From the NCBI GenBank assembly GCA_051294905.1, contig CM119372.1, positions 40,240,001-40,304,000 on the forward strand: DNA of 64,000 bases. The letters are read 5' to 3'. The notes beneath the pieces were generated by a model. It searched no databases. It was given only the letters and a program-made list of their open reading frames with translations, and was not told the origin of the DNA. The position numbers were made by a program, and so were the translations under genes. Shown piece by piece: positions 25,861-40,700 of the stretch. Positions within the stretch are counted from its first letter, which is position 1. Every line of letters starts with the position of its first letter. This stretch comes from Botryllus schlosseri. Its lineage: Eukaryota.

Positions 25861-26909
25861 ATCTAGATAACCCCCTAGATTTGGCTCGGCGGGCTGATCA
25901 AATGTGGCTTTCGACTTTCGAGATCCGGCAATTACAGCATTAGTGAATTGAGTAAGACAAAACCGACCATCCCTAATACTATTAAGCCGGTTTCAAACTT
26001 CTGCTTCTACCATCGACGATTTGGTAAGTAAGCACGACGATGCTGCCCTCCCTGTGCTTGGCAACAGGAAAATGACAAAGCCGGTTGTCCGCACCGGTGC
26101 CTTCGAGACCTGAGGTCTAACTTCCTTTTTCTTGTCGACACCGGGGCGAACGTGAGCGTATTCCCACCTACCAGGCTTGAACGGACACACAAGGTCCACT
26201 GCTTGCGGCCGCGAACGGAAGCATCATACGTAGCCTACTTACGGGACCAAGCGTCTTTCTTTGTTTTTCCCGCCAGGCAAATACGGTTGGGAATTCACAA
26301 GGGCTGACGTGTCCCAGCCCTTGGGTCGGAGCAGATTTCCTTCGAGCGCAACAATTGCTGGTTGATGTCAAACACCATCGCCTGAATCATTTGCATTCCC
26401 TGACCAGCGTTCCTCTCCGTATTAGTGAACACGTCTCGCTTGGTCCTAATTCTGTCAGCACGGGCCGGTCTTGCTACGCGCAAATCTTAGCTGAATTTCC
26501 CGAGATCATCACCCCTCATTTTACGCATGTACCCAAGCACAAAGTGGAGCATCTTATCTCAGCAACAGAACAGCCTATTCATTCACGTGGAAGGCGATTG
26601 GCCTCTGATAAGCTCGCCATCGCACAAACTGAGTTCAATAAGATGTTAGAGCTGGGAATTATCCACCGTTCTTGAGCCAATGGTCTTCCCCTTTGCACAT
26701 GGTGCCCAAGGGTTCCGGAGGTTGGCGGCCTTGTGGAGATTACAGGCGTCTTAATACCGCCACGCAACCAGACCGTTATCCCATCCCACATCTTCAGACT
26801 TCACCGCGCGCCTCGCGGGATCAAATGTATTTTCTAAAATCGATTTGGTGCGGGGTTACCATCAGGTTCCCGTAGCACCTGATGACATTCCGAAAACAGC
26901 CATCACCAC

Positions 26910-28188
26910 CAGAGGTGGTCAAAGTAGTCAAGAAAGCTACTCAAGTAGAAGTAGAAGTAGCGACGCAAAAATCTAATCAAGTACGAGTAGAAGTACTTCT
27001 TCCATAAGCAACCTAAAACTACTTGAAGTAGAAGTAGAATTTGCTGGCTTCAAATCTACTCGAGTAAGCAAGTAGTTTTGAAAGCGGCCATAATACGTTC
27101 GCATGGACTTTCATAAGCTGCTAATTGAGCTATGCGTAAGATGCAGAGCGCTTCATGTACAAAGCATATTGAGTTATTGACGCATCCCAGAAGGTATAGA
27201 TTTCCGACAGCATGAGCATTCGGCCGCATCATGAGATGCAAATGATAGTTTTGCTATGGAAATGACATATTAATCTTTTGTTCAATCGAACATCCCGTTT
27301 AAGAAAATGCCATGGCATGTTCCCTCACGCATATATTGCAACCTTTAGTTTAGTCGAAGAGCAATACGGAGAAGTTTTATGGATAAGATGTTAACAATTC
27401 GCGCAATTCGTATACGATGATAATAAAATATGGCGTAACGTAAAAATGCCATATAGTGTAATTGTATTTTAGGAAATTAGACGTCGATCCTACACTTGCT
27501 TTTAAACTTGAACATGTATGTTCTCGAGGCAAAAAGAACTGCAACTAATTAGAAATATAAGTAATAATACAGCGAATTGAACGAGAAATGCCAATACTAC
27601 ATCAGAATAGCGGAAATATGTTTTATGTCTTTTGTCGACAGTTTTAACGATGGTCTGCTAAAGCAGACCTAACACTCAAAAAGTCAGAGCCCACTTTTCC
27701 AGATTAGGACACGCCATGGGCTGCTAGATTACGATATGATGAGTAAATGCTAGATTGGGAAACGGTAGTTTCAAACGTTATGATGGGCCATATTTATTGT
27801 GATGAAATAATGTCATTTAGGCAACAATGCGGTGCAATTCAACCTGCAACCTAAATAATATTCACTTTTGTGAAAAAATATTTGTAACTCTATATCTACT
27901 CGATGTGAAGCGCGATGGAAATTCTGGGTTTTACTTAAATTTTCTTAAAATTGAAAGTTAGAACTCCGTGAAAACAGACCGAGAATTCCTCAGTTTCTCT
28001 TTCTGAATGGAGGGTTACACTACTTTTACTTGACAAACTGAAAATAGTGAAAAGTAAGTAAGTAGATCACAAAATACTACGAAGTAGAAGTAGCGAATAT
28101 TCGATGTATTTGAGTAAGTCCCAGAAGTAGAGGAAAACTACTTGAGTACTTCGAAAAAGTAGAAGTACTTCGTTATTGACCACCTCTG
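26910..28188. mobile_element. hAT MITE (CAGAGGTGGTCA / AGTAGA-repeat family) inserted in Gypsy RT
   Basis: Perfect TSD atcaccac; removal restores KTAITTPFG. Confidence 0.93.
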
Positions 28189-28308
28189 ATCACCACACCA
28201 TTCGGATTGTTCGAATTCCTACGCATGCCATTCGGGCTTGAAAACGCAGCGCAGACATTTCAGCGAATGATGGACATGGTTTGCCAGTCACTTGATTTTG
28301 TATTAGTC

Positions 28309-28865
28309 CAGTGTTGGGATCAAGTCACTACCTTCGAGTCACGAGCCAGTTCGAGTCATTGCACATTTTGACTCGAGTCAAGTCAAGTCAAGTCCCTCGA
28401 TTTTTGGAGATGACTCTAGTCTAGTCAAATAGAGTCAAGTCACGAGTCGAGTGGCAATTCAAGTCAAGTTGCCTTTTCGAAGTATGAGGCATAATTACGT
28501 CATTGCAATATGCTAGCTGTCTGAAATACATAATGAGTGGTCATTGAATCTGAACCTATGAAAAAGATAGAGTTAAATATGCACGCAAGAAGGCGCTGTA
28601 TCGCTCACATATACCTAGAACTGTTAAACTACCTATGTAATTGCACAGACCTAGTTTATTACCAGCCAAAATAGAGAAAGGAGAAACGAATGGATAAGAT
28701 GCAATACATTACCCAATTCCATATTGATATGATACAATACGAGCCTGCGCCAATGGTTGAGGAGTATATAAACTATAGAATTCAATTTCAATAAAACGAG
28801 AGGTTTGGCTAATGCAAGAACAGAGAACAGAAAGATATATTTTTCTATTAAATTACTTTACTACA
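28309..28865. mobile_element. Left half of a CAGTGTTGGGAT / GACTCGAGTC-repeat MITE
   Basis: Collinear with 49858-50440; right TIR absent. Confidence 0.8.
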
Positions 28866-29549
28866 ACTTTAAGATCATGTACTTAAAGAATGTAGGGGCA
28901 GTTTAAAATCTTTATCGTGAATTGCCCTGATGAATTTATGAATAGTACAATACTATACTGGAAATTTGTCTTAATTTACTGCAGATTTGTTCGATTAACG
29001 TTTATATTTTCTTATGAATACATATGTATGTTCCAAAGAACCGAGAATATGTAGAAAATACTGCTGTGAAATCCACTGAACATTCTGTGGTCGGCCACAG
29101 AGCAACTGGCTGTGGCCGGTGCTTCCCCGATCTGATAGCTCTTTCCAGCGGTATAGATAGGATATGTAGTTGCAAACAATACCATAGTTTGTTATCTTTC
29201 GTATAGCTAAATAGCAGTGAATTGGATAATGACTGGCTGATACAATACTTCTTTTCTGCATCAGGTCCATGATAAGTCCAAGATATACGGTTGTATAAAA
29301 TCCTCAACATCAATGGAGCTTGCTGCACTCATATTGTTGGACGATGATAATTGTGTCGATGAAGCTATGAACATTTCGATGCTGTAGCAGCACTTGAACT
29401 TGACGCACTGCAGATCTTCTGCATATGTGACAAAAGTCAACGATGTAGCCTAACCTACTGCCAGTAGGCTACTAATGATAACATGTGGGGCTTTGTTCCC
29501 AGAAATTCGATTTTGGTCACGTTTCCGATCCCGTATAGTTTGTATGTAT

Positions 29550-29806
29550 ATCGTCACGGTGGAATCAAAGTGACTTATGTCCATATGTCCATTTTACACA
29601 TTTTGAGAAAATTGACTTTACGTAAACTTTTCTTTTTCTTCCATCCATATATTGGCCCTGATTAACTTTGAATTGATGAAACAGAAGTAACCATGACCGA
29701 AAAAAATTGAAAATTTTTTCAAAAACTTGATTTATTTCAAATTTTTAAAATGGAACTTCTAAATTTGAAAACTGGACATATGTCACTTTGATTCCACTGC
29801 GACGAT
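29550..29806. mobile_element. Small MITE with ~36-bp TIRs
   Basis: ATCGTCACGGTGGAATCAAAGTGACTTATGTCCA and its near-perfect reverse complement. Confidence 0.8.
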
Positions 29807-31492
29807 CTATATGTCATCTAGGAGCCGTTCTTCCAGGTTGAAACAAATCATGTACGAATGAAATGTATGTCGCAGTCACTATCCATGGCGTGCATGCCAG
29901 AGGATATATGATTACTTGGGTGCAAGTGCAAGGATCGTTTTTTAAAGCATGTCGTTGTGAGATCAAGCAGTTAACCGATGTGGTGATCATAGGACGTCTG
30001 CTTTATAATCAAATTACTGTTATAATAGGCCTAATAAATCACTCCAGATGCTTTGCGTCATCAAATGCAGTAACATCGACCGACGGAAAAATGCCTATGC
30101 CTGCGTATTGACCAATACTCATAATATATTTGTGGTTATAATGCAAGGAGCAATGGAATGTTTCCCAAAACAATGTGCAGGTAACAATTTTGACGACACA
30201 GACAAGTTCGAATCGTTCATTATAGTTTTAGCATCTGAAGGCAGTGCAAATGCTTATCGCTGTGTAAAGTGCATCTGATCTCTTGTGCCACTGGGTGTCT
30301 TCTATGAAAAACATGCATTCGACACATTGTATTGAACTACTTGTATGTGAGTGATTGTAATCATATCTTCAATTGCTTTCGATTTTGGGAAATTGTTAAT
30401 AACGGCCGGAATAAGCGAACTTTTTGAAGAAAAATATGACGGTTTCGTTACGTAGAAAAGAAAGGAGGGGTAGGGAGTTGGATGATCTACGTTTGATTAA
30501 CTAATGGGCTTGGACGGTGGAGAAGCGAAGAGACTGCAAGGATATCGAGTCTGCACCACGCTTTTATCTCTCCACACAATCCCAGTGCGTTAAGCGCCTG
30601 GCGTGGAAGCTGTGGACAACAATTTTAATGTAAAGTCGTTTGTCTAGCCGAGCAAAAAGATGCATACGATCTAACATTACTCTTTCAACTATAGAAATGA
30701 AATTGTTTAATTTCTATAATATCAACTATCTGTTTAATTTCTATAATATCAACTATCTAGGAAGTTCAAGGAACACCGGTTTCGGTGTTAGTTTACAACG
30801 CACCGCCCAAGAGTAATTTTTCATACTCAGAGGGAATTGAATTCATTTTTACAGCGAACACATAGCGTAAACATGTGTAAAACCATGGTAATTTCGAACC
30901 AATCCCCGAACTGCTCAATATAGTGGTAATGTAACTTGAGTACGTGCGATATTAGTGGTAGCTGTCTACAAACCTAGCCGCCAGCAAATTCGTAGTACAA
31001 ATGAAGAATATCTACACGAATATAGTCAAAGTAGAGGCAAAGGGCGGAATTTTATTCAACTAGACGTTGCAAAATCACGAACTGGCCATGAACTCGTGGC
31101 TGGTCACGATGATTTCGTATGGCCGGCCACGAAATTCACTGTGGCCGGCCATGAAAAAAACTGTGGCCAGTAAGTGGCCACGGGAAAGCTGAGACCCCTA
31201 CTGTGAGATTGTCACGAGTCGCCACTGGGTGAACTTTACATGTAATGGTGCGGTGTAGCGCGGTACTGGTCGACGCCGAAATGCCTATTATTAGTATAAT
31301 CATCCTTGAACAATATGAACATTAAATTGTGTGTAGCGCGAAAAATAAATTGAAAACAGATGGAAGAATTTTCGAAAACTACTCTCTAATGCATGTTCCT
31401 CTCGCGCAATAATTTTTAGCCACCTTCGAGCTCGCCCCCACATACTACTGGAAAAAGGAATTGAAGCGGCAATCTTGCCACAAATTGTCAAT

Positions 31493-31498
31493 TTTATT
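31493..31498 (-). promoter_or_regulatory. Candidate AATAAA polyadenylation signal of the PDE gene
   Basis: tttatt on + strand about 140 nt downstream of the stop. Confidence 0.4.
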
Positions 31499-31635
31499 GT
31501 TATTTAAAGTCGACTGTATAGAAAAGTTTCAAGCGATCACCTTTGAAGAATCCCGACTTCATTTTAAGATTAAAAATCATGCTTGCGGAAATAAATAAAT
31601 TGAAGAATCCAGTTGATTTTCTTTCGCCACGAAAG

Positions 31636-31749
31636 TCAGAGTTTATCCTCCTGAAAATCAGGCTCATCTCGCTCCTTCTCCCATTGCTGGCGATTTTCGA
31701 GGCATCCGTTCAGAAGTGGCTTCAGTCCGTCCGACACTTTCGCTAGCCC
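31636..31749 (-). CDS. PDE last coding exon: [37 protein letters not shown]
   Basis: cag acceptor; PLL.GC..NR..W motif; TGA at 31638-31636. Confidence 0.9.
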   Translation of the reverse strand, partial: GLAKVSDGLKPLLNGCLENRQQWEKERDEPDFQEDKL

Positions 31750-34700
31750 CTGTCAACGTTACAACAAGGGTTATGTCATCATCTTAACCCTCGGTTTTCC
31801 AGCGTGGCTCTTGGAGCCGCATGCTATCTCGCGGATGTCACTGAGCCCTGAAAATCTCACAGAAATCGTATTGACAATCACAGACAGTTGTAATTGGTTT
31901 CGTGCAATATGTCTCATGAATTCCTCTACACTAATGTAAGAATATTAACAAAATAACGAATATTAGTTCTGTCTCTCAAGACCGATTCTGAAAACCGGCA
32001 AGGACTTCCTCCAGGTTATCGTCAAATCCATGGACGTATATATGTTAGGCTACATACCGCGATATATCTGTACATCAGTGTTGGGATCAAGTCACTGCCT
32101 TCGAGTCATTGCACATTTTGACTCGAGTCAAGTCGAATCATTATAGTCAATTCAAGTTGAATTCCAAAGTACGAGGCATGATTCAAAGTCATTGGGTTTT
32201 GCTAGCTATTCCAAATAGGAATTGATCCCCCAAATATGCTGAATTAGGGAACGAATAAAGATTTGAATATGCTCGCAAAAAGCCACGCATCCGTATAACT
32301 GCGCTACGCAAGTGCGGCAACCCGGGGTGTCCAGAACGTTCTGTATTTGCCGTTTGGAAATTATGTTGCGCGGGGTATGGCGGGAGACCGCGCGTTGACT
32401 TAGTTGCTTAGGAAGTTGGCCGAGAGCGTGGCTAAAGGCGGATTGAGCAGATGTGATCAGTAACGAAGTAGTTCTACTTTTTGAAAGTACTCAAGTATAT
32501 GGGTGTCATATATGTTTTCACGAAAGTATCAGGTAATATAATTTAGGTACCGGATTGCTTATGGTTCCGCTCACATCGCATTGACGCCCATATCAAATAT
32601 TTCATCACAGTAAACATGACCCACCATAACGTTTGAAACTACCGTTTCGCAATCTAGCAATTACCTATCCTATCGTTATCTAGCAGAGTATGACGTGTCC
32701 TGCTAATCTGGAAATCCGGCATTTTGGAACGTTACACCTGTTTAAGCAGATCACCTTTGAAGCTTTGATATATATTTCCGCTTTCTAGAAGTGGTATTTG
32801 TATTTCACTTTCAATTCCGAGTATGATACTCGGAGCATCATACTTTGAGTTCTAATTACTTTCAATTCGGTTGTGTGCAGAACATATACATGTTGTGTTG
32901 AAGCATAAAAGCAAGTGTAGTAATGCCTTTATTTTCCGAAAATAAAGCTACACTAAATATAAAGTTCACGATTCACAATATTTGTTATTAACGTATACTA
33001 ATCGCGCAAAGTGTTGAAACCGTATCCAATACAACCTCTCCGTATTTGCTGTTCGCCTAAGCTTGGGGCCCTATAATATAGGGTAGGGCGCCATGTCATG
33101 ATATTATCTAAGACGCGCTCTTCTAGTAAACAAAGGGTTAGTATCGCATTTTCATGTCAATACTATAATTTGCAACCCATGATGCGAAAGAATGCTTATT
33201 CTGTCGAAAATTAATACCTGCTGGGACGCATCAATACGAATCAAGCTCTCTGCACCTTCCGTATAGCTCAAGTTGCAGCTTTTGACAGTCCATGCCAACG
33301 AATTAAGACCGTTTTAAAAACTACTTACTTGAGTAGATTTAAAATCAGTCAATTATACTTCTAATTCTAGTAGTTTTAGGTGGCTTATGGAGAAAGTACT
33401 TCTATTCGTACTTGAGTAGACTTTTTTCGTCGCTACTTCTACTTCTACTTGAGTAGCCTTCTTGACTACTTTGATCACCTCTGGATGTGAGTGAGTATGC
33501 CTCTGTGTTGAGTAGCTGAATTATGAGTAGTCGGGAGCAGCAGCATGAAGTAGTTGTAGTATTAGGCAGTTAGGGTGTGAAGCAGCACGTAGTTGGCATT
33601 GTATTTGCTGGCTTGAGGTGAATGTATTCTGTCGGAATCTATGTGAGGATCGGTCAGTGGTTCCCAACCTTTCTCTCTTCATTCCCCACTTCAGATTTAT
33701 TACGAGTCTTCATTCCCCACTACCCAAAACTCGTTTTAGCAGGGACTTGCTATTGGAAAAGTGTATGATATTCAACAAATGAATCATTTCAACGGAAGAT
33801 AATATAAAACACACCACATAACAGTTTACCTCACAATCAATGTGAATTCTGCTTTTGTTTTGTGAAATGAGTTTTGTGAAAAACACGCAATATGATCTTC
33901 GATGCATACATTCCAGAGCAGTTAAGTTGTAACGGTAATCGCGCATGTGTCTCCGTAAATATGTATACTATCCTGTATATAAGGTTTACAAATGCGTCTA
34001 TTCTCCGTCAGAAACTATTGAATTCCCCATCAGCACGGAATTCCCCACCGGTTGGGAACTACTAGGATAAATTGACTGGGACATGGAAAGATCACGGACG
34101 ATGCTACGCGAGCACCTGGGTAGTGATATTGCCCCGTAAGTAGTCCCTCGCCTGTAGATGACAAGGCTGCTGCTGGTGTAGGTTTGGGCCTAGCTGTCGG
34201 AATACGGTTTGTGTGAACTTGTGTGCTATACTCGTATTGATAGGTCGTCTGTGTCCGTTATGAGTTTGTATGTATCGTGAGAATATTAGTCTAGTGTGAA
34301 TCGCTCTTTGGAGTACTGTGCCATGTAACATAATCCCAAAATAACCGTAAGGACTTGTGTACTGTGATAGGCGTTCAATGTAACGAATGCCAGTAGGTGG
34401 CAATCGCAGAGAGACGAGGTCCCAAGCCCAGGAACACAACCAAGTTCCCTGCTGGGTGTATAGAGCCGTTTCATGGTCGCTACACATTACACAAGTAACG
34501 CTATAGCCCCAGCTTATAATTATCAGCCCAAATAGAAGATAGAATAGGAAACCTCAGAAAGTTGAGATAAATTAATATGATGCAATACGCTACCCTACCC
34601 ACGAAACCAACATACACACATATTGTTTACGATTAATATATACGTATAAACGATATTCGTTTGCTTTAAATCATACAGGAGTGTTGGTTATTCCAGCACT

Positions 34701-37700
34701 GGGCCCTGAGAGCAGTTTATAGAACGGAGATACATTGCTATTATACTACTTTACTACTTATTCACACCAACGTACGCTGTAAAGCTCCTACCACTGTGTT
34801 CAATACGGTCAATTTATTTGTGTTATAACTATGGAGGATCGGTAAAACGCGTAATCATTGAATGTTTGGTATAGCGCTCACATGTGACAACAGTGTGTCG
34901 CGAACAATACGAACTTATAAAACAGGGGCGGGCAGCTTCTTCAGTTGCCGGGTCGGATATGGGAAATGAAGTAGGCCTACTTGGCGGGCTGGATTCCTGA
35001 ATCGATACATAGACGCGTATTATCCACCTATACAAGGATTACTCTCATCTGATGTAAACTTTAAGTTTGAATCATATAGACCCAAGCAGTATTCTATCAA
35101 TTTATTAACGTAATGTACGTCAATGACTGTTCAAGTCAATGAGACATCTGTGGTCGATCAAAGTTGTGTACAGGTTCTTTGCACTCTGGCAGCGTGTCGG
35201 AGACAAAGGAAACAAAGAACTATTATTTGTGTCCGAATAACAAGAACGAATAACATACAGAGTCTCTATAATGTGACGCATTAAGCAAGTATAATGGATA
35301 ATTGCGGAAGACTACTGTTATCGCCGGTCATGTCATCATTTAAGAACGGAAACTGTCTGCGTCCGGATTCGACCCGCGGGCCGTATGTTGCCCGTCCCTG
35401 TTATACAAGATACGGCGATTTCGTCGACACCGATTACTTGATGACTTGAAGCTGACTCGTAAATTTTGCTTCGAGTCACGAGTCAATCGACATTTGTGGA
35501 ACGTCGAGTCAAGTCAAGTCAATTTTGCAAAGTGACTCCTCGAGTCAAGTCAAGTCATACGAAAAAGTTGGCTCGCGTCTGACTCGAGTCATCCCAACAC
35601 TGCTTTACATATTGTCTCTGTGCAGAACACATGCCCATACAAATTTATTAACATCAAAATGACGACTCATAGCCAAGTATAAATTGCAATAAGTCCAATA
35701 TTATTACACGTGTGTTACCACTCCCCCGCAAACCTGTACGTACGCCGTACATTTATTATTAGCGAAAGGTGTGTGTATTTACACCCAAAAGGAGGTGCAC
35801 GAAAACAGAACCAATCTCAGAATTATACCACCGTTGTAAATCCTACGTGCCTACGTGCATTTGAGGATATTGTGTTTGATTTATACCGTGGCGTGAGTCT
35901 GATGTATAGGCTCTGGTTTCGTGTGCCACGGGTGTAAAACTGTACATTCACACCCTTATCTGACGGGTGGTTGACGGGTATGAATACACGATTTTTTTCG
36001 CTAGAAGTGTATGCATGAAGAACTATGACATAGCAACAAATATATTACGTTGTAGCAACAATATGCATGTGCAACTGTGTGGTTTGCTTCAATCAATAAC
36101 ACTTGCCATAAATCATATATTGCCATTCTGCGACTATAAATGATAAACTAAAAGATACGGAGTCTGTAGAAGTCTATATGCCTGATTTGGAATTTGGCGA
36201 ATCGTCGTATTCTGAGACATACATGCTATAAAATTTTGGTTATACAGCATTATTATGCCTCCGCATTGTACTCTGACACAAATAATGGCTTGGAATCTCT
36301 CATGCTAAAAGGGACCAAGTGAGCTTACCTCGTACAGCGGAAGACAAATGGCGTTGATGAAACCGATTTGCATGGAAGGCAATTTGTCCGACTTGTTTCT
36401 GTCCATCATTTCGGCCGGTTCCAGATGAAGTTCCTTCTTTTCGATGTCTCCTTGATCGAAGAACTCTTCAGCGACCAGACGCGCCACCTGCAGCAGGATA
36501 AAACCGGTTTTAAATCGATACGGCGAGATGTTGATGGTTATTTGAGTTCATGCAAATCACGAGCGATCACAGAGATGGGAACTATACGAACACATAGCCG
36601 ACTATGCTCGGGGTATCTCGCGACTAGGGATGGGCAAAATCGAGTATCTGGGTGATTCGATTCTGAATTGAGAGTTGGGCTTCGAGTCAAGTAGATCACT
36701 GATGATGATTTGATAACGGTATGAATGATGTGGAAAGTACAAATATCTAACTTTTATCCGACCAAAAGGATTAAAATGCCAGTTCTGCATCACTATAAAA
36801 ACAATTTGATTTTATTTAGACCGCTTGAATCCGATTGGGCTGTGTAGCAATAGTGTGGGTTGATCACGACTTCGCATATATGCCAGTTCTAATAACGTAC
36901 GTAAGTTTGTAATACATGTTTCGTATGCTGCGATACGGCAAAGCGCGGTTGCAAGGCTTTGGCCATAGTGTCCTATATGGTGTGGACACGAGCAAATCTC
37001 ACGGCTCACTGCGATTGGTCTACGTCACACTTTCCATTTGGCAAAAAGCAATTTGACGGTAATTTTTGAGCGGATTGCCGACCGTAAAATTCTAAAGCTG
37101 TCGCTATACTGATAACTAAAATATAAATTTTATTCTGCTCATGGCCCAGGAACCACCACAATTAGCCATTACTACGTAACAATGCTGTCTGACTAAACGA
37201 GACCTCAGCTCAGGAGCAAATGATCGGCTGCGCGGCGAGAGTGAGAGTGCTCAGCTGATTCCTCGGCAATGGCCTTCGGGCAACGAGTTTGTGTTTTGAA
37301 GTGCAATCGCGTCTCAGTTGCGCTTTTCTTGACTTGGGTGGAACTGGGTCCACAGAATGCATTCGGGCCCTATACGAATTTTCGCGCCTTATCTTTCACC
37401 TTACAGAGATCTTTCCGTCTAGGTAGCTACAAACATCAGACATGTCAGATAATTATGATATAGCTCGGCTTATCCCGATTGCTGTGTAGGCTACAGAGAC
37501 CCTTTGCGCTGTTGATGGCGAGTGTCGGTACTTCAGTCGCTTTGGTTAAGTTTGAGCACACAAGTCAAGGAAAGACTGGTAATGTGTGCTCGCTTCTACC
37601 GAAGCGCCTATAGAAAGTATCAACAGCGCAACGTTTCCCTGCGACGCGATTGCACTGCCAGACAAAAGTTCATTGCCCAATGCCCATTGCAGCGAAGTCA

Positions 37701-40700
37701 GCTTAGCACTCTCACTCTCGCCGCGCATCCGCTCATTTGCTCCTGAGCTGCGGTCTCGTTTAGCCAAACAGCATTGTTGCGTCACAATGTCAATCTCCAT
37801 AACAATAAAAAATTCGAGGCTAATTGTGGAGGTTTCAGGTACATGAAAATTTATATTTTTGTAATCAGTACAGTGGCAGCTTTCGATTGATACCCGTTTT
37901 ATCAAATTTAATGCTCGGCAAGCCGGTCGAAAATTACCGGCAGTTGCCTTTAGCCAAATGGCAAGTTTGACGTAGACCAATCGCATTGAGCTGAGAGATT
38001 GTGTCCACACCATATAGGACTCTATGCGTTCACAGTGGAAAATAGTATCGAATCTATATTTCTTGTTGACAAAATAACTCTAATTAGCAAGGAGCGTATG
38101 ATTTTATGAATTCAGTACTCAAAAAAGCACCTCTTACTACTCGACTCGAAACATCACAAGTATACTCGATTCTGATTCGAATGCCCGTATCATTGTGTGC
38201 AGCCCCACTCGCGACAACGAGGACGGACAAACATTACAGTTATAGTTCAATTGACAGTGATATAATAGTCCCCAAGGCTGACGTATGTTTCAAAGTCTGT
38301 GTGTCGCTTCCACTAAGCATGGATGACTAGGGAACAAAAGGATGTGTTCCAATAATTGAGTTTCTTCCATTCGAGCTCTGTGTAGCGATGACAGCGCGTT
38401 TGGGGGATTAGCTAGAAGCAAATTATGGAGAGCAATACCTTGCTTTGTATTTTCCACGGCTTCGTGATGGCGGATATATCGGTGGCGGTCATGATCATAC
38501 CCCTGCATGCACACAAGGGGTCCATTAAATGAAGCGACCCAACATTTCGATGAGATGGAAAACTTTTATGAATGAAATTCGTCACAATGTGCGCGGTTCG
38601 CGGCGCATTGCGCGGAGAATGAAGGTTCACACGCATTGATGAACAATTGAAAAGAGTGGAAATTGAAGGCTTTTCTGAACATCAGTCTTTGTGAACCTCA
38701 CGAGGCATTGTACGAAGTCATTTATTTGTATAATCTAATATATATTTGCACCATATTTATTCATCTATTTCCTTGTTGTATACGTAAATGCCGGACGGAT
38801 TAACACGCTTCTATTCCATGAACTCTTATTTTGTCCATTCGTTTATTTATATTTATCATTTCTTCCAGCGATCGGTATTATTCTATTCTGTATAATTTAT
38901 TATTTTTACATCGGTTTAATTTTGACTTATTTCTACTGTTATATAAAATTATGCTTCCTTTTTCATACAAAACACTGCTAGATGTCAGCTAGTTTTAAAT
39001 AAAGCAAATTTCGTCCCAAACGGTTCCTGACAATCTCTGCAAGCAACTTAGATTACTATTCTTGTTTGGTTGGAGGCTGAAGCTATAGTACAACGCGGGC
39101 GATAGTATCATAGCATGGCGATTTTCTCTCTTTATACTGAACCGATTCTAAACTTGGGTTTCATAACCTGGGGTCCATACACCCCTGGGCGGTCGCCGAC
39201 AACTTCTAGTGGATTCATGAAAGGCCGATGTTGAAACTACAATTATGATATTACATTGGTATTTATAATATCTAACAATATTTGGCGTATAGTCAGCGCT
39301 CACCACAGTTCACACACAATAGTCAAACTCATCAGCTCTCTAAACACACAACCACACAGACAAATTTCTGGATCCGCGCTAACAAAGAGGTTAAGAACCA
39401 ATCTTCTAAACGATCGATGACGAATGGATGCAACGATACTGATTGAGCATAGTAACGTGACTTGCTGCGTGCATTAGAGCGTAACCGGCAAGCTACCTTT
39501 CTCTGGACACTCCATGGTTTGGTTATTGCCGCGATATCGCATCCGGTTATTAAGATGCCCCTGTGGAGTTGAACACGATATTAACGAAAAACATTTTCCT
39601 TCACATGCCAAAGTGTCCAATGGCAAGATAACGTACTTTTCACATGTCGCAGGACCAGGGTTGCAATCAAGTCACAAAGTTTCGAGTCACAAAGTCAATA
39701 TTACTTTCACAGTTTTGACTTGAGTCAAGTCGAGTTATTTTCAATTCATCGCCGAGTTCAAGTCGAGGCGCAAAGAATTGAATCCGAGTCGTGATTTTGA
39801 GTCCAAATTTTGGTGTTTCTTACTGTACGTAGGCTACACTCTCTAGTTCAAGCCATGTTAAACCAACTTTTTGCAACTGTCATTGGGTGATATAGCAGTG
39901 CTCTTCAACCGGGGTGGTCGTACACCCTTGGGTGTACCAGAATTCGCAAAGGGTGTACCACTCGGATGGGGTGTACAGGGGTGTACCAGATCCGAGGAAC
40001 AATGAGCCGATGGCTAGCTATCACAAATGCTGGTTTATAGGTCAGTACAGACAGGTTGACGCACAGGTTAACGAGCAATATGGTACAATGTTATCTCAAG
40101 TGTAATACTGTACACCGCTTGATTGTGATGTCATAAGCAAATATTTCTTCTATTCATTTAGCCGTCGGCAATAGACCAATGGTTCCGTTTGGTGTTGTAA
40201 AGTATGCTGTTAACAAACATGTGTTCAGCTAGTCATTAGTATTTTATTGATTTGTGAGGAAACCGCCGCGATAGCTCAGACTTTTTGAATCCGTGCTTCC
40301 TACCCGATTGTATGTCCAATCTTTCGCCATACATTTGCAATCTAGTATTTTGTTATAAGTGATGTAAATTAGCGACAGTAGACTGTGAAAGCGCCATATG
40401 ATCTGAGGTTACTGACATCTCTTGCAGCCCATGTGCTACTATCGACTGTGTGTGGTGTGTGGCAGGCCTGATGTGCAGTAGGCTGGTGCGCCTGCTATCA
40501 TCGCTGATCTGAATTACCGCTTCTGCAGCAGTAGCTTTACCTACTCTCCCCCCAATACTGTTACATTTAGGTTGATTATCGTTCGTTATATCATGCTGTT
40601 TTTGCTCTGACACGAAATAAATTCCAATTTGCGTAGGGTTACCATACGTCCTCTTTTAAGAGGATTTGTCCTCTTTTTTGACTTTTTTGAAAGTGTCCTC

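Larger units (their letters stand above)
22949..28308 (+). mobile_element. Decayed, 3'-truncated Ty3/Gypsy LTR retrotransposon (5' LTR, PBS, gag, protease, partial RT)
   Basis: TG...CA LTR ~22949-23103 with AATAAA; PBS TGGTAACCCCGACG; gag AVKLPTFW...WFRQAEAQF; protease [50 protein letters not shown]; frameshifts and three insertions. Confidence 0.92.

Noticed and set aside
34380..34470. Twister-like GGTCCCAAGCCC motif
   Set aside because: I could not build the required P1/P2 stems and pseudoknots by eye; likely chance.
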